DNA from: Coleofasciculus chthonoplastes F2-STO-03
GTDB taxonomy: Bacteria > Cyanobacteriota > Cyanobacteriia > Cyanobacteriales > Coleofasciculaceae
NCBI GenBank assembly: GCA_040222015.1
Contig: JAVJWO010000155.1
Span: 1 to 30,598, forward strand
Direction: 5' to 3'
Length of the DNA stretch: 30,598 bases
Shown: positions 28,019 through 30,598 of the stretch, piece by piece
How positions within the stretch are numbered: position 1 is the first letter of the stretch
Layout of the letters: each line of letters starts with the position of its first letter
The notes under the pieces: model-generated
The model's input: the letters and a program-made list of their open reading frames with translations, nothing else
The model's database searches: none
What the model was told of the DNA's origin: nothing
Translations under genes and position numbers: made by a program

Positions 28019-30232
28019 ATGACATCTATGAAGCGTCGTCAGTTTATCCAATTTGCTACCTCGGCTTTAGCAACCATCGGTTTAAACCAACTGGATTTAC
28101 AGCGCCAATCCTTACGCTATGGTAAAGTCTTAGCCCAAAGCACCTCCCGCAAACTTGCCCTGTTAGTGGGGATTAACCAGTATCCCACCAATAGCGATCG
28201 CTTTACTAGCCTCTCTGGATGCGTCAATGATGTTCGCTTGCAGGAACAACTCCTGATTAATCGCTTCGGGTTCCAGCCGGAGGATATCAAGACAGTTACG
28301 GATACCGAGGCGACTCGTGATGGCATTTTAACCGCCTTTGAAACCCATTTAATTCAGCAAGCCAAACCCGGAGATGTGGTAGTGTTTCATTTCTCGGGAC
28401 ATGGTTCACAAGTCATTGATCCCAATCCCATTGATCCGACTTATCCCCTGAATAGTTCCTTTGTTCCTGCGGATGAACATTGGCAAGCTGATAAAGGTAT
28501 TGTCAATGAAATTACCGGACATACCCTATTTTTACTCATGTTCGCCCTGAAGCAGAAAACCGACAACGTTACTGTGGTGCTGGATAGTTGTCATTCGGGG
28601 GGCGGAACCCGGGGAAATGTGAAAATCCGGGCGATTCCTGGGGGCGTGGATTTCCGGATTAGTCCCGAAGAAGTCGAGTATCAACAACAATGGCTAAAAC
28701 GGCTGAATCTATCCCCTGAAGACTTGATCAAATTGTATCAGCAAGGCGTCGCCACTGGCGCGGTGATTGCTTCAGCCCAACGGGAACAATTCGCGGCGGA
28801 TTATCCCTTTCCCGGGTTTTATGCGGGAGCCTTTACCTATCTGCTCACCCAAACATTATGGCAGAATAACCATGATGTGGAAAGTGCGATCGCGGGAATT
28901 GAACGGGATATGCGATTCCTTTCCACCCAAATCCCCCTGGTAGAGGTTCCCCCGAATAGTCGCCATCAACGAGAACCGATTTATTTCACAGAACCCAAAA
29001 CCTTCCCCGCCGAAGGTGTGGTGACAACGGTGGAAAATAATCGGGTACAAGTTTGGTTGGGGGGTATTTCCCAAGAGAGTTTAGAGGCGATTTCTGAGGG
29101 GTCTATTTTTACCCCCCCATTCCGCAGTCGCGGCGAAACCCCCAAAGTTGAATTAATCTCACGCAACGGCTTAATCGCTGAAGCCAAAGCCGAAGGAAAC
29201 ATCCAACCGGGAGAATTATTACAGGAATTTGCCCGCACAATTCCCAGGGATTGGAAACTCCATATTGGACTTGATCCGTCGTTAACCAAGGAGACAGAAA
29301 CGGCAAAAACTGAACTGGAATCACTAAAACGGATTCAACCGATTCTTCCCCAACCGGGAGAGTTTCCCTATCCGGTGGATGTGCATTATATTCTCAGTCG
29401 GATGACGGATGAGTATCAGCGGCAATTGTCATTAGAGACACCGGATAAAATGCCACCTGTGGATAGTTTAGGTTTATTTTCTCCAGCCTTAGAAGTGATT
29501 CCCGATTCCTTTGGCATACCGGGAGAAACAGTGACTAAAGGAATTGAACGGTTACAGGGGAAACTGAAATCTCTGCTAGCGGCGCGAATTATGCGAATGA
29601 CACTCAATGCTGAATCCTCGCGGCTAAATTTAGAGGTAACAATGGGTTTAGAAAATCGTCCCGAAATTGTTGCCCAAGCCTTTACACCACGGGGGTGTCG
29701 TCAAGATGACAGTAAATGTCCACCGTTAGGGAGTCGCAGCGAATCTGGGCAACTTCTGAGTCATCAATTATCTGTGGGAGATGCGTTTCAGTTTCGAGTG
29801 ACGAATCGGGAAGAGAAGGATTTACATTTGGGAATTATGTTGGTTGATCCAACTGCTGGAATTACGGTTTTATTTCCCAATGAATTGCAAGAAACCTCAC
29901 GGCAAGATCCGGATAATGCCACCCGGCTTCAGCCGAATCAAACGCTGTTAATTCCGAATCCGAATAAAGATGAATTTGTCTTTATTGCAGAAGAGGCTGG
30001 CTTGGGCGAAGTCTTAATTGTCGCCAGTGATCAACCCTTAACTAAAGCCTTACTCAAAATGCGTACCCTTGCCAGAGGAAAAAAGGGGATAGTTTCGACG
30101 CGGGGAGAAGACTCATTGGAGATAATTAATGATTTAGTTGATGATGTTAGTCGAGGCGCACAAGTGGGAGTAAGGCGGAGGATTCGCACCTCACAAATGG
30201 CAGCGCTTTCGATTACTTTTAATGTGGTTTAA
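28019..30232 (+). CDS. Caspase-family (peptidase C14, orthocaspase-like) protease with twin-arginine N-terminus and C-terminal DUF4384-like domain
   Basis: KRRQFI; KLALLVGINQY, LSGCVNDV, FHFSGHG (His) and LDSCHSG (Cys); C-terminal VGDAFQFRVTN...ITVLFPN. Confidence 0.9.
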   Translation: MTSMKRRQFIQFATSALATIGLNQLDLQRQSLRYGKVLAQSTSRKLALLVGINQYPTNSDRFTSLSGCVNDVRLQEQLLINRFGFQPEDIKTVTDTEATRDGILTAFETHLIQQAKPGDVVVFHFSGHGSQVIDPNPIDPTYPLNSSFVPADEHWQADKGIVNEITGHTLFLLMFALKQKTDNVTVVLDSCHSGGGTRGNVKIRAIPGGVDFRISPEEVEYQQQWLKRLNLSPEDLIKLYQQGVATGAVIASAQREQFAADYPFPGFYAGAFTYLLTQTLWQNNHDVESAIAGIERDMRFLSTQIPLVEVPPNSRHQREPIYFTEPKTFPAEGVVTTVENNRVQVWLGGISQESLEAISEGSIFTPPFRSRGETPKVELISRNGLIAEAKAEGNIQPGELLQEFARTIPRDWKLHIGLDPSLTKETETAKTELESLKRIQPILPQPGEFPYPVDVHYILSRMTDEYQRQLSLETPDKMPPVDSLGLFSPALEVIPDSFGIPGETVTKGIERLQGKLKSLLAARIMRMTLNAESSRLNLEVTMGLENRPEIVAQAFTPRGCRQDDSKCPPLGSRSESGQLLSHQLSVGDAFQFRVTNREEKDLHLGIMLVDPTAGITVLFPNELQETSRQDPDNATRLQPNQTLLIPNPNKDEFVFIAEEAGLGEVLIVASDQPLTKALLKMRTLARGKKGIVSTRGEDSLEIINDLVDDVSRGAQVGVRRRIRTSQMAALSITFNVV

Positions 30233-30256
30233 CCACTCTTATCAACAGTCGTAATC

Positions 30257-30598
30257 GTAGGGTGCGTTAGGCGAATTTGAGAATTAACATTTATCATCTC
30301 AACACATAAGCGCCGTAACGCACCATATTGCGGTTCCGTAGGGTGCGTTAGGCGCATTTGAGGATTAACGTTCACCATCTCAATACCTAAGTGCGCCGTA
30401 ACGCACCATGTTGCTATTATCAACAGTAGTCGTAGGGTGCGTTAGGCGAATTTGAGGATTAACGTTTATCATCTCAACACCTAAGTGCGCCGTAACGCAC
30501 CATATTGCTATTATCAACAGTAGTCGTAGGGTGCGTTAGGCGAATTTGAGGATTAACGTTTATCATCTCAACACCTAAGTGCGCCGTAACGCACCATA
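30257..30598. repeat. Tandem array of GTAGGGTGCGTTAGGCG...CGCCGTAACGCACC hairpin units, open at the window edge
   Basis: Units start at 30257, 30338, 30432 and 30526 (periods 81, 94, 94 bp). Confidence 0.9.

Noticed and set aside
949..29607. Numerous short antisense or alternate-frame ORFs within lhgO, CHAT, cta, oxoprolinase, AAA, ChaN-like and caspase genes
   Set aside because: They are shadow ORFs over well-supported genes and have no recognisable motifs.
30229..30423. 64-aa ORF
   Set aside because: It is a translation of the REP array.
30257..30598. CRISPR array at the window end
   Set aside because: Whole 81-94 bp units are repeated, with no unique spacers.

Overview
Chromosomal window from a cyanobacterium: it has many HIP1 GCGATCGC sites, heptamer STRR-type repeats and GTAG-type palindromic REP elements. 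A repeat-rich filamentous lineage is likely but is an inference. Recognisable housekeeping genes are lhgO, an SDR/NmrA-like protein, xth, the aa3-type oxidase operon ctaCDE, sulfiredoxin, dps and a ChaN-like protein. Two genes carry single in-frame nonsense codons: a fused 5-oxoprolinase (TAA at 15680-15682) and a PIN toxin (TAG at 10104-10106). The best candidate for an undescribed system is a TPR-CHAT protease and an upstream HTH-like/DUF4384-like protein that share an L-[DE]-M-G-acidic linker motif, a possible protease/substrate pair, with a divergent small membrane peptide. Other accessory content includes a 5'-truncated JAB/MPN-like toxin tip with a putative immunity gene, an AAA_35-type ATPase fused to an unknown C-terminal domain, and a twin-arginine caspase-family protease with repeated RG motifs. 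REP-derived elements are notable: one is translated in frame inside the CHAT protein, one supplies the lhgO C-terminus and stop, and one MITE-like element has amplified its internal hairpin tenfold. No rRNA, tRNA, CRISPR array or transposase was seen. Domain calls come from motif recognition by eye, not from database searches.
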